Assembly: GCA_007695055.1 (NCBI GenBank)
Contig: REEM01000143.1
Coordinates: 3,812 to 67,811, forward strand
From: Spirochaetaceae bacterium
GTDB lineage: Bacteria > Spirochaetota > Spirochaetia > DSM-27196 > SLAA01
Length of the DNA stretch: 64,000 bases
Direction: 5' to 3'
A program made the translations under genes and the position numbers. Shown here in pieces: positions 45,748-56,667 of the stretch (its first letter is position 1; each line of letters opens with the position of its first letter). A model generated the notes under the pieces. It was not told the origin of the DNA, searched no databases, and saw only the letters and a list, made by a program, of their open reading frames with translations.

Positions 45748-46368
45748 TTAGAGAACCTCAAGTAGGTGGAGTCCGTCGTACACGAACTGCACACTCATTC
45801 CAGCGAGAAGTATGCCCATGATTCGCTCAATGACACTGACTCCAGTACGGCGCAGTACTCGACGAATGAACTCGCTTCCCAGCATGGCAAATACCGCTAA
45901 GGCCAGGATAATGGCTACCATGACTGTCAGAGACAGCGAGAAGGCCATGTCTCCGGCTCGCTCGGAGGTGAAGATCAGAATAGCGGTGATTGCTCCCGGC
46001 CCGGAGAGGAGTGGTAGAGCAAGAGGAAACACGGCGATGTCGGTGCCGTAACCACCGTTATTCCCCTCACCTTGCATTCGTTTCGGTTTGCCCAACAGGA
46101 GGTCCATGGAAACCGAGAACAGGAGGATGCCTCCAGCAACATACAAGCTACCAGGCAGTATACCCAGGGAGTTTATTAGTCCACGGCCAAAAAAAATGAA
46201 CAATGCGAGCACACCAAATGCCACGACCGGCGCCTTCATAGCAACAAAGCGCCGTTCACTGCGCTCTAGTCCCGCACCGGCAACCAAGCTTAGGTAGACC
46301 ATTGAAACACCTAAGGGGTCAATGAGAATAAAGAGAGTCAAAAAAACTGGAAACGCATCCTGCACCAT
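45748..46368 (-). CDS. MarC family (UPF0056) integral membrane protein
   Basis: 206 aa with about 6 TM segments. FLTLFILIDPLGVSMVYLSL N-terminal motif. Confidence 0.8.
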   Translation of the reverse strand: MVQDAFPVFLTLFILIDPLGVSMVYLSLVAGAGLERSERRFVAMKAPVVAFGVLALFIFFGRGLINSLGILPGSLYVAGGILLFSVSMDLLLGKPKRMQGEGNNGGYGTDIAVFPLALPLLSGPGAITAILIFTSERAGDMAFSLSLTVMVAIILALAVFAMLGSEFIRRVLRRTGVSVIERIMGILLAGMSVQFVYDGLHLLEVL

Positions 46369-46472
46369 CTTACGAGACTACTCGAGCTGCGCCAGCAACG
46401 CAAGCCTCCTCATTCAGCCCATCTCGGGCGGTACTTGACAGCCAAGGCCGCAGATTCTAATCTCAATACTCT

Positions 46473-47030
46473 ATGAGGATTAGCTATAACGCGCCGGTAA
46501 CTTTGAGCTTTGCTGTTCTCTCAACCGCGGTTCTTGTCATAGACATGCTAACTGGCAGAGGGCTTACAGCCGGGTTCTTCTCAGTAGGGCCAAGTATGAA
46601 TTTTGCCGCCCCGGTCGACTATATTCGACTGGTGGCACATATCGCTGGCCACGCCGACTGGAATCACCTCATGGGTAACTTCGCCTTCATACTGCTCTTA
46701 GGCCCCATCCTTGAAGAAAAGTACGGAACACCCAATATTATGGTGATGATCATTATCACTGCGCTTGTCACCGGACTGCTGAATGTTCTATTTCTCTCGA
46801 CCGGCCTGATGGGTGCGAGCGGTATAGTATTTATGATGATTCTGTTGGTATCATTCACCAACTTTCGCAGAGGTGAAATACCCTTAACCTTTATCCTTAT
46901 TGTCCTGCTTTTTCTAACACGAGAAATAATCACAGCGGTTAATACCGACGGCATATCGCAGTTCGCCCATATCCTGGGGGGAGTCTGTGGCAGCTTGTTT
47001 GGGTTTCTACGGCCCGCTCGATCCAGTTAG
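46473..47030 (+). CDS. Rhomboid-family intramembrane serine protease (putative)
   Basis: 185 aa, polytopic. HADWNHLMGN, a GASG serine motif (LMGASGIVF), and a distal His (FAHILGGVCG). Confidence 0.65.
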   Translation: MRISYNAPVTLSFAVLSTAVLVIDMLTGRGLTAGFFSVGPSMNFAAPVDYIRLVAHIAGHADWNHLMGNFAFILLLGPILEEKYGTPNIMVMIIITALVTGLLNVLFLSTGLMGASGIVFMMILLVSFTNFRRGEIPLTFILIVLLFLTREIITAVNTDGISQFAHILGGVCGSLFGFLRPARSS

Positions 47031-47122
47031 CGGCTTAGGAATCTAGCGTAATCATAAACCGGTACGGTACCCGCATGAGGGCAACGCCACGACATGATGG
47101 TACAACCAAGAAGTGAGGACAG

Positions 47123-48196
47123 ATGTCACTACATACTAAGCTTGATGCCTACGTCGAGCGTCACGCAGAAGTAGAGCGCCTTATCTCGGATCCGGATGTA
47201 CACCGTGACCCGGCACGTTACCGCGACCTCATGCGTGAACACTCACAGCTCTCCGAGATTGTAGAGGCACACAACGAGTACAGTCGACTGCAACAAGAGA
47301 TAACCGATGCCGAAGAGCTCATTGAGGCTGAGTCCGAATCCGAACTTAAGGACATGGCCAAGGCCGAGCTTGAGGAGCTCTCGACACAACGGGATAAGCT
47401 TGAGCAGGATGTCAAACTCTTGCTCATTCCCAAGGATCCACTGGACCAAAAGAACATTATTATGGAGATCCGAGCCGGAACAGGTGGCGACGAAGCCTCT
47501 CTTTTTGCGGCCGACCTCTATCGCATGTATACGCGTTACGCCGAGACAAAAAACTGGAAAGTAGAGGTTATGAGCAGTACCCCGACCGAGGTTGGTGGGT
47601 TTAAGGAGATTGTGTTCTCCATAGCCGGTTCGGCAATTTTTGGTTCTCTCAAGTACGAGAGTGGGGTTCATCGAGTTCAACGCGTCCCCACCACAGAAAG
47701 TGGCGGCCGCATTCATACATCGGCTGTCACCGTCGCGGTTCTACCGGAGGCCGAAGAAGCAGATATTCATATTGGTCAGGAAGACCTTAAGGTTGATGTT
47801 TTCCGGTCGTCAGGGCCAGGAGGACAGAGTGTTAATACGACCGACTCTGCGGTACGCATAACTCACATTCCGAGCGGACTTGTAGTAATCTGTCAGGATG
47901 AGAAGTCACAGCTCAAGAATAGATCCAAGGCGCTGCGCATACTCACGGCACGACTCTACGAGCAAGAAGAGCAGAAGTTGCATGCCGAACGTGCTGAAGC
48001 CCGCAAGACACAGATAGGAAGTGGAGATAGGTCGGAGCGAATACGAACCTACAACTTCCCCCAGAACAGAATCACGGACCACCGTATTAATCTCACCCTC
48101 TACAAACTGGATCATGTCATGCAAGGCGAGATTGAGGAAGTAATTGAAAACCTAAAACTATCAGAACGTGAAGCTCTGCTCCACGCTCATCAGTAA
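47123..48196 (+). CDS. prfA: Peptide chain release factor 1
   Basis: 357 aa. PTT (PxT) tripeptide in [17 protein letters not shown] and GGQ in [19 protein letters not shown]. Confidence 0.95.
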   Translation: MSLHTKLDAYVERHAEVERLISDPDVHRDPARYRDLMREHSQLSEIVEAHNEYSRLQQEITDAEELIEAESESELKDMAKAELEELSTQRDKLEQDVKLLLIPKDPLDQKNIIMEIRAGTGGDEASLFAADLYRMYTRYAETKNWKVEVMSSTPTEVGGFKEIVFSIAGSAIFGSLKYESGVHRVQRVPTTESGGRIHTSAVTVAVLPEAEEADIHIGQEDLKVDVFRSSGPGGQSVNTTDSAVRITHIPSGLVVICQDEKSQLKNRSKALRILTARLYEQEEQKLHAERAEARKTQIGSGDRSERIRTYNFPQNRITDHRINLTLYKLDHVMQGEIEEVIENLKLSEREALLHAHQ

Positions 48197-48201
48197 GCCC
48201 C

Positions 48202-49059
48202 ATGAAAGAGACCGATATCCGTAAGGCGCTCCAGGACGGCAGCTCGTACCTGACTCGCGCTGGTGCCGAAACTCCTTATCTAGATGCCTGCCTCCTCCTC
48301 GCTGAGACTCTCAGCCTTGAGAAGGAGCAACTGTTTGCACGTCTGAGCGATCCTCTTGCAGATACGCCCCACGATCAGTATCAAGCCCTTCTCACCCAAC
48401 GCGCCGCCGGAGTTCCAGTCTCATATCTGCGTAAGCGCAAGGAATTTTATGGTCTTGAGTTCTACGTAGACCAGCGGGTCTTGGTTCCCAGGCCAGACAC
48501 CGAGCTCATTGTGGAGACGGTACTTGAGGTCACCGATACCTTGCCGCACTTCGATCGTATTCACGACTGCTGCACCGGAAGCGGCTGCATAGCGGTCACG
48601 CTCGCCAAACTCCATCCGGGAATTGAGGTCTCTGCATCCGATATATCGGAGCCAGCATTAGAGGTTTTCGCCATTAATAGCGACCGGCTTCTGTCTCGGC
48701 AGCTGGAAACCTATGCATCCAACCTGCTGGAGGCGGTTCCGGGCACATATCACATTATTGTTTCAAACCCACCATACCTCCTTTCCTCGGAAGTAGACAC
48801 AATGCAGGCCTCTGGCTGGCCCGAACCACGCTTGGCACTTGACGGTGGCGATGATGGACTCGATCTTGTACGTAAACTGGCAGTGCAGTCAAAGTCACGA
48901 CTGCACCAGCGAGGGTATCTTATGCTTGAGGTTGCCGATCCGCAAATGGAAACTACTGTGGCTATTCTAGAAGCTTGTGGATATGGCGATATTGAGGTGC
49001 GTCACGACCTCGCGGGTCGACGGCGTGTGTGTATAGGAAGGAACGGAGCTCGCTCATGA
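48202..49059 (+). CDS. prmC: Release factor glutamine N5-methyltransferase
   Basis: 285 aa. DCCTGSGCIA SAM motif and IVSNPPY. It follows prfA. Confidence 0.9.
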   Translation: MKETDIRKALQDGSSYLTRAGAETPYLDACLLLAETLSLEKEQLFARLSDPLADTPHDQYQALLTQRAAGVPVSYLRKRKEFYGLEFYVDQRVLVPRPDTELIVETVLEVTDTLPHFDRIHDCCTGSGCIAVTLAKLHPGIEVSASDISEPALEVFAINSDRLLSRQLETYASNLLEAVPGTYHIIVSNPPYLLSSEVDTMQASGWPEPRLALDGGDDGLDLVRKLAVQSKSRLHQRGYLMLEVADPQMETTVAILEACGYGDIEVRHDLAGRRRVCIGRNGARS

Positions 49060-51053
49060 TCACGAGCATTGAACAGCTTGCAGAAAAGATTGAGTTCTAC
49101 TCGGACGAAGAGCAGCAGCTTATACTTAAGGCTGCCGGAAAGTCACGTGACCTTCATGAAGGTCAGTTCCGAGATAGCGGGGAACCCTACTTTGTACACC
49201 CGCTTCAAGTTGCAGAGATTCTCATTGATATTCGCCTTGATGCCTCTACAATTATCGCCGCCCTGCTCCACGATGTGCTTGAAGATACCGACATGACACG
49301 CGTAGAGTTACGAGACGAGTTTGGCAAAGAAGTGGAACAACTTGTTAACGGTGTAACAAAAATTGCGAGCGTTAAGGCCAAGAATAGAAGCACGCAGCAG
49401 TCTGAAACAATTCGGAAAATGCTCCTTGCCATGGTGAAGGACCTGCGTGTAATCCTCATTAAACTGGCAGATAAGCTACATAACATGCGAACCTTAGAGT
49501 ACAAAACGGCTGAGCGACGCAAGGCAATTGCCCAGGAATGCCTGGACCTGTATGCACCTCTTGCTGGCCGACTTGGTATTGCCTGGCTCAAGAGTGAGTT
49601 TGAGGATCTCTCTTTAAAGAACCTTAACCGCGAAGAGTATTATCAAATCAAGACGGCTGTTTCGCAGAAACGTGGTGAACGATCAGACTACCTGGCTCGT
49701 GTAGCAAAGACCATTGGAGACGCAGCCACCCAAGATGGCCTTGAGGTTGAGGTTGATGCTCGGGCCAAGCACTTCTACTCCATTTATGAGAAGATGAAGA
49801 AGCGCAACAGGTCCATTGAGGAGGTGTACGACTTACTCGGCATCCGCATCCTCTGCAACTCAAGTAATGAATGTTATACAGTACTCGGTTTAGTACATCG
49901 CCTTTGGCCTCCTATTGAGGGTCGCTTTAAGGACTACATCGCCATGCCAAAGAGTAACCGCTACCAGAGCCTGCACACTACGGTACTCGCCTTTGGCGGC
50001 CGCATGCTGGAGATTCAGATTCGGACCCACGATATGCACCGGACGGCTGAGTACGGTATTGCGGCCCACTGGCTCTACAAAAGCGGAATGACACCCGAAA
50101 CAATTAGGCGTGAAGAACTGGTGATTATTAACCGGCTTAAGAGCATGAACGCGCTGCACATTACATCAAACGAGTTTCTTGAAGAGATTAAAGGAGAAAT
50201 ACTTAAAGACTACATTTACGTGTTCACGCCTCAAGGAGACGCAATTCAGCTTCCGCGCGGTGCCACCGCAATAGACTTTGCATACCATATTCATACCGAG
50301 ATCGGTGACCACATATCGGGAGCCAAGGCCGACGGTCAGATTATTCCGCTTAAGAATGAACTCAAGAACACCCAAGTGATTGAGATCTTGACCTCGCCGA
50401 ACGCTCACCCTCATCTCAACTGGCTGCGTTATGTCCGCACGAGCCGTGCCCGCAGCAAAGTTCGCCATTGGCTAAATAAACACGAAGACAACCTCTTCAT
50501 TGACAAAAGCGTTGTGGCACGCAAGCGTGCGCCAGCCGCCGAGCCTCCACCAACACGCAAGGGGCAAGACGGTGATGCCGACGGAGCCACCCAGCAAACA
50601 CTCCAGCCACCGGATAAGGTGGGTGTCAAAATTGGAGATGAGCGGAACATGATGATCCGCTTTGCGCAGTGTTGCACACCTCGTACCGGCGACGACATTG
50701 TAGGATACATTTCGCGGGGGCGTGGCATCATTGTTCACAAACGGGGATGTAGAAACCTTGAGTTCATTGACGACTTCAATGAGCGTGCGGTTGAGGTTGA
50801 GTGGGAGACCGTCTCTCCCAAGGCTACACGGCGCTTCCGAGTTATTGCCCGGAAAACTTCGGATCTCTTCAGTGAGATTGAAGGGGCGGTTCGTAAATAC
50901 CACGGGCACCTCATTGAGGGCCGTGTTGACGAAAATGAGCGGGGGCAGCTTGAGGCCTACTTTACTATGGAACTAGAGAGCAAAGATGATTTTCGTAAGG
51001 TTATGAAGAACATCCGCACCGTGCCGTCAGTAGTTTCCCTTACCGAGAGCTAG
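49056..51053 (+). CDS. Bifunctional (p)ppGpp synthetase/hydrolase (RelA/SpoT homologue)
   Basis: Track ORF 49029..51053. ATG 49056 overlaps the prmC stop (ATGA). HD domain (HPLQVA...LLHDVLEDT), synthetase domain ([12 protein letters not shown]...YQSLHTTV), and TGS and ACT-like C-terminal domains. Confidence 0.92.
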   Translation: MITSIEQLAEKIEFYSDEEQQLILKAAGKSRDLHEGQFRDSGEPYFVHPLQVAEILIDIRLDASTIIAALLHDVLEDTDMTRVELRDEFGKEVEQLVNGVTKIASVKAKNRSTQQSETIRKMLLAMVKDLRVILIKLADKLHNMRTLEYKTAERRKAIAQECLDLYAPLAGRLGIAWLKSEFEDLSLKNLNREEYYQIKTAVSQKRGERSDYLARVAKTIGDAATQDGLEVEVDARAKHFYSIYEKMKKRNRSIEEVYDLLGIRILCNSSNECYTVLGLVHRLWPPIEGRFKDYIAMPKSNRYQSLHTTVLAFGGRMLEIQIRTHDMHRTAEYGIAAHWLYKSGMTPETIRREELVIINRLKSMNALHITSNEFLEEIKGEILKDYIYVFTPQGDAIQLPRGATAIDFAYHIHTEIGDHISGAKADGQIIPLKNELKNTQVIEILTSPNAHPHLNWLRYVRTSRARSKVRHWLNKHEDNLFIDKSVVARKRAPAAEPPPTRKGQDGDADGATQQTLQPPDKVGVKIGDERNMMIRFAQCCTPRTGDDIVGYISRGRGIIVHKRGCRNLEFIDDFNERAVEVEWETVSPKATRRFRVIARKTSDLFSEIEGAVRKYHGHLIEGRVDENERGQLEAYFTMELESKDDFRKVMKNIRTVPSVVSLTES

Positions 51054-51118
51054 CTCGCCCACGAGCACGCTTGCCCTACTCGCGGCAAGAGAGTATTTTC
51101 CATGCAAAGGAGATACCA

Positions 51119-51619
51119 ATGGCTCAGATCACTCTTGCAGGAAATATCATTCACACCAGCGGCGATTTACCCGCGACAGGCTCCACAGCGCCGGACTTTG
51201 TTCTCACCCAAGCAGACCTTAAGGACGTTCAACTCAAAGATTTTAGCGGCAAGCGCAAAATTCTGAATATCGTTCCTAGTCTTGACACTGGAGTATGTGC
51301 CGCATCAGCCAAGCGCTTTGATCAAGAGGTCGAGAAAGTTGCTGATACGGTAGTGCTTACCGTAAGTAACGATCTACCTTTTGCGCAAGACCGTTTCTGC
51401 AAGGCTGAAGGCGTCAAGTCAGTCGTTACCTTAAGCCAACTACGAGACCGGGAATTTGGACGCGCGTACGGAGTAGAGATCACCGACGGGCCGCTGGCAG
51501 GCCTTACCGCTCGTGCAATTGTAGTTCTGGACAAGGACAACACCGTACTCCACACCGAACTGGTTCCCGAAATTAAGCAGGAGCCGGACTACACCGCGGC
51601 ACTCGCGCGACTCCAATAG
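51119..51619 (+). CDS. tpx: Thiol peroxidase
   Basis: Track ORF 51071..51619. ATG 51119 follows [17 protein letters not shown] peroxidatic Cys context and FCKAEG. Confidence 0.9.
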   Translation: MAQITLAGNIIHTSGDLPATGSTAPDFVLTQADLKDVQLKDFSGKRKILNIVPSLDTGVCAASAKRFDQEVEKVADTVVLTVSNDLPFAQDRFCKAEGVKSVVTLSQLRDREFGRAYGVEITDGPLAGLTARAIVVLDKDNTVLHTELVPEIKQEPDYTAALARLQ

Positions 51620-51712
51620 AAATGTCTTAACGTGGCATAGATGCTCGGCCGAGTTGTGGGCTCAAACCTCAGCTCGGCCCGGCTTTTTGCAAAAGGAATC
51701 AAGGCTTCACTC

Positions 51713-52249
51713 ATGAAAGCACGCATTGTTCTCTTTGAGCCGGAAATTCCTCAAAACACCGGAAACATTGCACGCACCTGCGCCGCCACCGGACTGGAGT
51801 TGGTACTCATTGAGCCCCTTGGATTCCGACTCGAGGACAGATACCTCAAGCGAGCCGGTCTTGACTACTGGGACAAACTCAGGTATCGCACCGCTGCGGA
51901 TATGGCGGGCTTCTTGGAGCTACAAGGCGGTGCCCCACTCTACTACGCCAGCACCAAAGGTGGTCGGTTGTACACAGATATACAGTATGAAGAAGACTGT
52001 ACCGTTATGTTTGGACCGGAGTCCCGCGGTCTTCCGGTTGAGTTCTTGGAAGCGAGTCCGAACTCGGTTCTGCGCATACCTACGCGGGCCGACTGCCGCA
52101 GCTTGAATCTATCCAATGCGGTCGCTATTGTGATATATGAACTCCTACGACAGCACGGCTTTCCCGGGCTGAGTATTCAGCCGCCGCATCTTGGAGGCAC
52201 TGAGCCGCTTGGTAGTACTGAGCCGCGGGAAGCTCCAGCAAAGGAATGA
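51713..52249 (+). CDS. trmL: tRNA (cytidine/uridine-2'-O)-methyltransferase TrmL (SpoU family)
   Basis: Track ORF 51641..52249. ATG at 51713 (MKARIVLFEPEIPQNTGNIARTCAATG). LNLSNAVAIVIYE knot motif. Confidence 0.85.
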   Translation: MKARIVLFEPEIPQNTGNIARTCAATGLELVLIEPLGFRLEDRYLKRAGLDYWDKLRYRTAADMAGFLELQGGAPLYYASTKGGRLYTDIQYEEDCTVMFGPESRGLPVEFLEASPNSVLRIPTRADCRSLNLSNAVAIVIYELLRQHGFPGLSIQPPHLGGTEPLGSTEPREAPAKE

Positions 52250-52259
52250 GGAAGCACAT

Positions 52260-53051
52260 ATGAAGATTGGCGTGATTGGCTGTGGCCATATGGGTACGGC
52301 CCTTATTGCAGGCTTGGTTTCACAGGATCCTAAAATTGATATAGCGATCCTTGAAAGCTCTACGGAACGCCGGGCAGATGTTGCGGCGCGCTTTGGTGTA
52401 ACCGACTGTGGTACCGACCCGGCGCTGCTCTGCATGAATGCTGAAGTCGTCGTGCTGGCAGTCAAGCCTGCAGACATAGAGGCGGTGGCAGCGGTACTGC
52501 AGCCCCATCTTGGCTCGCAGCTTATTATTTCTCTTCTTGCTGGCGTCACCCAAGGGCGACTTATGCAGCTGCTAGGCACCAAGCAGGTGGTTCGATACAT
52601 GCCGAGTCTCGCGGCGGCGGTTGGCAAGGCCTTAGTTGGGGTGAGTCTGCCGGACGACGCAAACGATAGTATGCGCCACACCGCGGAGCTCATTGCAACC
52701 GCACTCGGCACGCCCCTATTTGTACCAGAAAAACTCATGCCAGCCGTGACTGGGTTGTCAGGCTCCGGCATTGCCTTTGTCTTTGAGTTTGTGCATGCAA
52801 TGTGTCTGGGAGCAGTAAAGGCAGGAATGTCATATGATGCTGCGTTGACCGGAGCACTGACCGTTCTGGAAGGCGCAGCTGCGGCACTCCGCGAAAACGG
52901 GGAACACCCGGTTGCACTTCTTTCCAAGGTGATCTCCCCGGCAGGCACCACTATAGCCGGGGTTGAGCAGCTGCACAAACACGGCTTTGATGCCGCGGTG
53001 GCAGCCGCCGTAACGGCAGCGGCCGACCGCGCCCGTGAACTGGAAAGCTAG
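52260..53051 (+). CDS. proC: Pyrroline-5-carboxylate reductase
   Basis: Track ORF 52191..53051. ATG at 52260 (MKIGVIGCGHMGTALIAGL). C-terminal VISPAGTTIAGV motif. Confidence 0.9.
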   Translation: MKIGVIGCGHMGTALIAGLVSQDPKIDIAILESSTERRADVAARFGVTDCGTDPALLCMNAEVVVLAVKPADIEAVAAVLQPHLGSQLIISLLAGVTQGRLMQLLGTKQVVRYMPSLAAAVGKALVGVSLPDDANDSMRHTAELIATALGTPLFVPEKLMPAVTGLSGSGIAFVFEFVHAMCLGAVKAGMSYDAALTGALTVLEGAAAALRENGEHPVALLSKVISPAGTTIAGVEQLHKHGFDAAVAAAVTAAADRARELES

Positions 53052-53626
53052 TCGAAGTTCACTTCCGGCACCGCACGGGCACCTTCATCAACCTCAAAGT
53101 ACTCGCGAGCGTTCATACCTAAGCTCCCGGCAAACATTGAGGCCGGAAACATGCGTATACGCGAGTTGTAGGTCTGCACCGAATTGTTGTAGCGTTGTCG
53201 GGCAACCGCGACGCGGTTCTCTGTTCCTGCAAGTTCATCCTGCAGCCGAAGAAAGTTCTGGTTGGATCTCAGTTCGGGATAGGCCTCTACTACCACCAAC
53301 AAGCGACTTAGAGCCGACTCCATTTGTTGGTAGCTTTCGGCAGTCTCGGAAACCGTTTGCGCACCTGCTAAGCGAGCACGAGCATTGGCAATATCTGAGA
53401 ACACCTGCTGCTCCTGAGATGCAAAACCCCGCACCGTGGAGACAAGGTTAGGAATAAGGTCGCTGCGTCGCTGCAGCTGGTTGTCCACTTCCGACCATGC
53501 ACCATTCACCGACTCATCAAGGGCAATGAGTGAGTTGCGCTGTCCGACATACCACCCAATACCGCCTATTACGAGCAGCACGATCACCCCTACAGCAATG
53601 AGCGCCGTTGTTGTTTTACTCGCCAT
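53048..53626 (-). CDS. LemA family protein
   Basis: 192 aa. It has an N-terminal TM helix, then NSLIALDESVNGAWSEVDNQLQRRSDLIPNLV...YPELRSNQNF...RQRYNNSVQTYN. Confidence 0.88.
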   Translation of the reverse strand: MASKTTTALIAVGVIVLLVIGGIGWYVGQRNSLIALDESVNGAWSEVDNQLQRRSDLIPNLVSTVRGFASQEQQVFSDIANARARLAGAQTVSETAESYQQMESALSRLLVVVEAYPELRSNQNFLRLQDELAGTENRVAVARQRYNNSVQTYNSRIRMFPASMFAGSLGMNAREYFEVDEGARAVPEVNFD

Positions 53627-53713
53627 CTTCTATGCACCTCTCCAATCACGTGTATACGCAGCCACTATGCAGTCGCCGCGGGTGAGCACCGTCCATGCAG
53701 GATCGGAGTACCG

Positions 53714-54532
53714 TTAAAAGCCGCGGCTTGCGCCACCGCCGCCGAATCCACCACCACTGAAGCCACCGAAACTACCCCCGCTCGATCCACCCCCGAAACC
53801 AGTCGAACTTCTGCCGCGGGTTGCAGCGCCAAAACCACCACCATAATAGCCGCGGCGGCCAGCCCCAATAAACAGAAGTGGCCAGAGGAAACGTCCGCCG
53901 ACCACCGAAATCACCATGAGTACCCACAGCAACTCGCCAAGGGAGTCTAAAGGCGTAGCTGCAGAGGACGCCGTACCACCCTGGGGTGTGCGGGCACCGT
54001 AGGCTGCCAAGTCTACCTCATACTCCTCGGCAATGTACCCTGCCAAGCCTTGTACACCACCGAGCATACCGGCACCCCAGTTCTCCTCGCGAAAACGAGG
54101 CAGCACCAGTTCATCAAGAATTGCGCCCACCCGGCCATCCGGGAGTATTCCTTCCAGACCGTACCCAACCTCAATACGCACCTGCCGTTCCTGCATTGCA
54201 AGGATCAGAATTGCGCCGGAGTCGTCGGCCGAGGAACCAACCCCCCAGCTCTCGGCCAGGGCTACGCCAAACTGCTCAATAGAGCCATAGGGCCCGTAGC
54301 TTGGCACCGTCACCACCGCGATCTCGGCCCCGGTAGCCGCCCGAACCGCTTCAATGACCGCTTCTATCCGTGAACGGTCCTCGGCCGAGATCAGCCCCAC
54401 AAAGTCGTTGACATACCCTGTCGGTCGCGGGAGTTGCTGCGCCGTTACTGTTGGAGCAACTGCCACCAACAGTATAGCCGCCATGAAGGCCGCGGCAGCC
54501 CATAGTGAGGCCTTAGCGTTCCGCAGCATCAA
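53714..54532 (-). CDS. TPM-domain (YgcG-like) protein with a Gly-rich C-terminal tail
   Basis: 272 aa. Signal/TM segment, YVNDFVGLISAEDRSRIE...IAVVTV...ILILAMQERQVRIEVGYGLEG, then a TM helix and a GGGFGG-rich tail. Confidence 0.85.
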   Translation of the reverse strand: MMLRNAKASLWAAAAFMAAILLVAVAPTVTAQQLPRPTGYVNDFVGLISAEDRSRIEAVIEAVRAATGAEIAVVTVPSYGPYGSIEQFGVALAESWGVGSSADDSGAILILAMQERQVRIEVGYGLEGILPDGRVGAILDELVLPRFREENWGAGMLGGVQGLAGYIAEEYEVDLAAYGARTPQGGTASSAATPLDSLGELLWVLMVISVVGGRFLWPLLFIGAGRRGYYGGGFGAATRGRSSTGFGGGSSGGSFGGFSGGGFGGGGASRGF

Positions 54533-55245
54533 CGATCCACCTCATGTGCATCAATTACCGATATCAAATGCTCAAGCCGCGGTAGCAGCTCGGAAACCAG
54601 TTCAACCGGATTGCCGCCCCCACCCTCGCGCATACTCAGTAAGCTGAGGAAGGGTCCGGGTTGGAGCTCGTAGAGCGCGTTCACCTGCTCAATAAGTGCA
54701 GAGAACTCGGTCGCCACATCCTCAACTCCGCGCAGGCGAACCAGACCACGGAAAATTGCCGCCATGGATCCGGTCCAGGACTTCAGTTCGGCAGATAGAA
54801 GACGCTTTCGGCCACGCGCGGCCAGCACCAGTTGTCGCAGTGAAATGAGGGCGCCCCGAAGTTGATGCTCAAGCTCGTGCCTGAGATTCCGGTGAGAAAA
54901 CTGAACATGCTCGGTTGGGTCCTCACCAAGAAGCACCTTGTGGCGCGCAATGATATCCATGTACTCCATAGGGAAGACATCGGCCGAGGCGGTGAACTCA
55001 GCAGTTGTCAGAATGAGCGGAGTAACTCTGTGCTTCTTAAGGAAGCCCTTACCCTCTCGCCCTAAACGCTCTAACGAGTCTGGACTGCAGTTCTGCAACA
55101 GAACGAGAAGGTTGATGTCGGAGCTCTTGTAGCGATAATTGCCAGCAACATAACTGCCGTACACCACAACCGAGGAGAGATCCTCGCCATACACACGGCG
55201 AAGTAGATCTATTAGGCCTTGCTCAATTTCTTGTGTCGTACTCAT
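54529..55245 (-). CDS. Nucleotidyltransferase-domain protein (KNTase-like, with a helical C-terminal domain)
   Basis: 238 aa. VVVYGSYVAGNYRYKSSDINLLVLL is the pol-beta-type NTase motif. The C-terminal helical region contains RHELEH (R-x4-H). The stop overlaps the TPM start (ATGA). Confidence 0.7.
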   Translation of the reverse strand: MSTTQEIEQGLIDLLRRVYGEDLSSVVVYGSYVAGNYRYKSSDINLLVLLQNCSPDSLERLGREGKGFLKKHRVTPLILTTAEFTASADVFPMEYMDIIARHKVLLGEDPTEHVQFSHRNLRHELEHQLRGALISLRQLVLAARGRKRLLSAELKSWTGSMAAIFRGLVRLRGVEDVATEFSALIEQVNALYELQPGPFLSLLSMREGGGGNPVELVSELLPRLEHLISVIDAHEVDR

Positions 55246-55373
55246 CGGTCACCTCAACCGGATCATGCACCACTTTTTCCGAATGCACAATACGAGGTCG
55301 CAGAGAGCAATTGAGGCTCTGCCAACATCACTCTTCTTGTGTTTTCACGGCTCTGCAGGTATCATAGGCCACT

Positions 55374-56654
55374 ATGTTGGACTTACGTTTTATTGCAGAC
55401 AACCTCGACGAGGTGAAAGAGAATATTCGGCGGCGCAACGTTGATGCCGACCCGGATGTAGTGGCAACCCTCTACCGTGAACGCAGTGGTATCATTCAGG
55501 CGCTCGAACAGCTGCGCTCGCGTCGTAACGCGGTGGCGGCGGCAATGAAGGGAAAGCTTGAGAATGAAGAGCGCACACGCCTTATAGATGAGGGCAAACA
55601 ACTCAAGAGCGAGATCCCAAGCCTTGAGTCCAAGCTCAGCGAGATTGAGGCGCACATGTATGCGGAGGCAGAGAAGATCCCAAACATGTCGCACCCCGAC
55701 GCTCCAACCGGCGCTGGCGAGGAGTCCAACACCGAGATCAAGCGGGTTGGGGAGCCGACCAGCTTTGGGTTTGAACCAAAGGATCACGTGCAGCTTGGCC
55801 AGGATCTTGACCTCTTTGACTTTGACACCGCAACCCGAGTCTCGGGCACCAAGTTCTACTATTTAAAGAACGAGGCTGTCTTTCTGGAGCTTGCGCTATC
55901 GCGCTACGCCATGGAGGTACTCCAGGGTGAAGGCTTTACCCCAATGATCACCCCGGACATTGCCCGTGAAAGCGTTGTTTCCGGCATTGGCTACAACCCT
56001 CGTGGAAGCGAGTCAAATATCTATAACCTGGAAGACGGTGAAGGCTGTTTAGTTGGAACGGCTGAGATCACCCTTGGTGGATACTACGGTGGGCAAATCC
56101 TCGACGTCGAACAGCTCCCTATTCGGCTAGCGGGAATATCACACTGTTTCCGCCGAGAGGCGGGCGCAGCTGGCCAGTTCTCAAAGGGTCTTTACCGGGT
56201 ACATCAATTCACCAAGGTTGAGATGTTTGTGTTAACGCACCCAAAAGAGTCGGAAGCCGAGCTTGAGCGCCTGCGTGGCCTGGAAGAACGTCTCTTTACC
56301 GAGCTGGAGATCCCGTTCCGGGTTGTGGACACCTGTACCGGTGACCTTGGCGGCCCGGCGTATCGCAAGTACGACCTGGAGGCATGGATGCCAGGGCGCG
56401 GTGAGTCGGGCGACTGGGGCGAAATTACCAGCACCTCAAACTGCACCGACTATCAGTCGCGCCGATTAGGCGTGCGGTTCCGGGAAGGGGGCGAGAAGCA
56501 GTTTGTCCATATGCTTAACGGTACCGCCATTGCTATCTCCCGGGCCCTGATTGCTCTCATTGAAAATCATCAACAGGCCGACGGTAGCATTCGCATTCCT
56601 CAGCGCTTGGTTCCCTATACCGGGTTTGACAGAATACCAGCGCGCAAGTCATGA
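55374..56654 (+). CDS. serS: Serine--tRNA ligase
   Basis: 426 aa. N-terminal coiled coil, FRREAGAAG, TSNCTDYQSRRL, NGTAIAISRALIALIENHQ. Confidence 0.95.
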   Translation: MLDLRFIADNLDEVKENIRRRNVDADPDVVATLYRERSGIIQALEQLRSRRNAVAAAMKGKLENEERTRLIDEGKQLKSEIPSLESKLSEIEAHMYAEAEKIPNMSHPDAPTGAGEESNTEIKRVGEPTSFGFEPKDHVQLGQDLDLFDFDTATRVSGTKFYYLKNEAVFLELALSRYAMEVLQGEGFTPMITPDIARESVVSGIGYNPRGSESNIYNLEDGEGCLVGTAEITLGGYYGGQILDVEQLPIRLAGISHCFRREAGAAGQFSKGLYRVHQFTKVEMFVLTHPKESEAELERLRGLEERLFTELEIPFRVVDTCTGDLGGPAYRKYDLEAWMPGRGESGDWGEITSTSNCTDYQSRRLGVRFREGGEKQFVHMLNGTAIAISRALIALIENHQQADGSIRIPQRLVPYTGFDRIPARKS

Positions 56655-56667
56655 AGGCGCGGAGCTC

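Noticed and set aside
52145-52978. 277-aa minus-strand ORF
   Set aside because: It is antisense to proC, which has clear P5C reductase motifs. The product is Ala/Ser/Thr/Pro-rich shadow-frame sequence.
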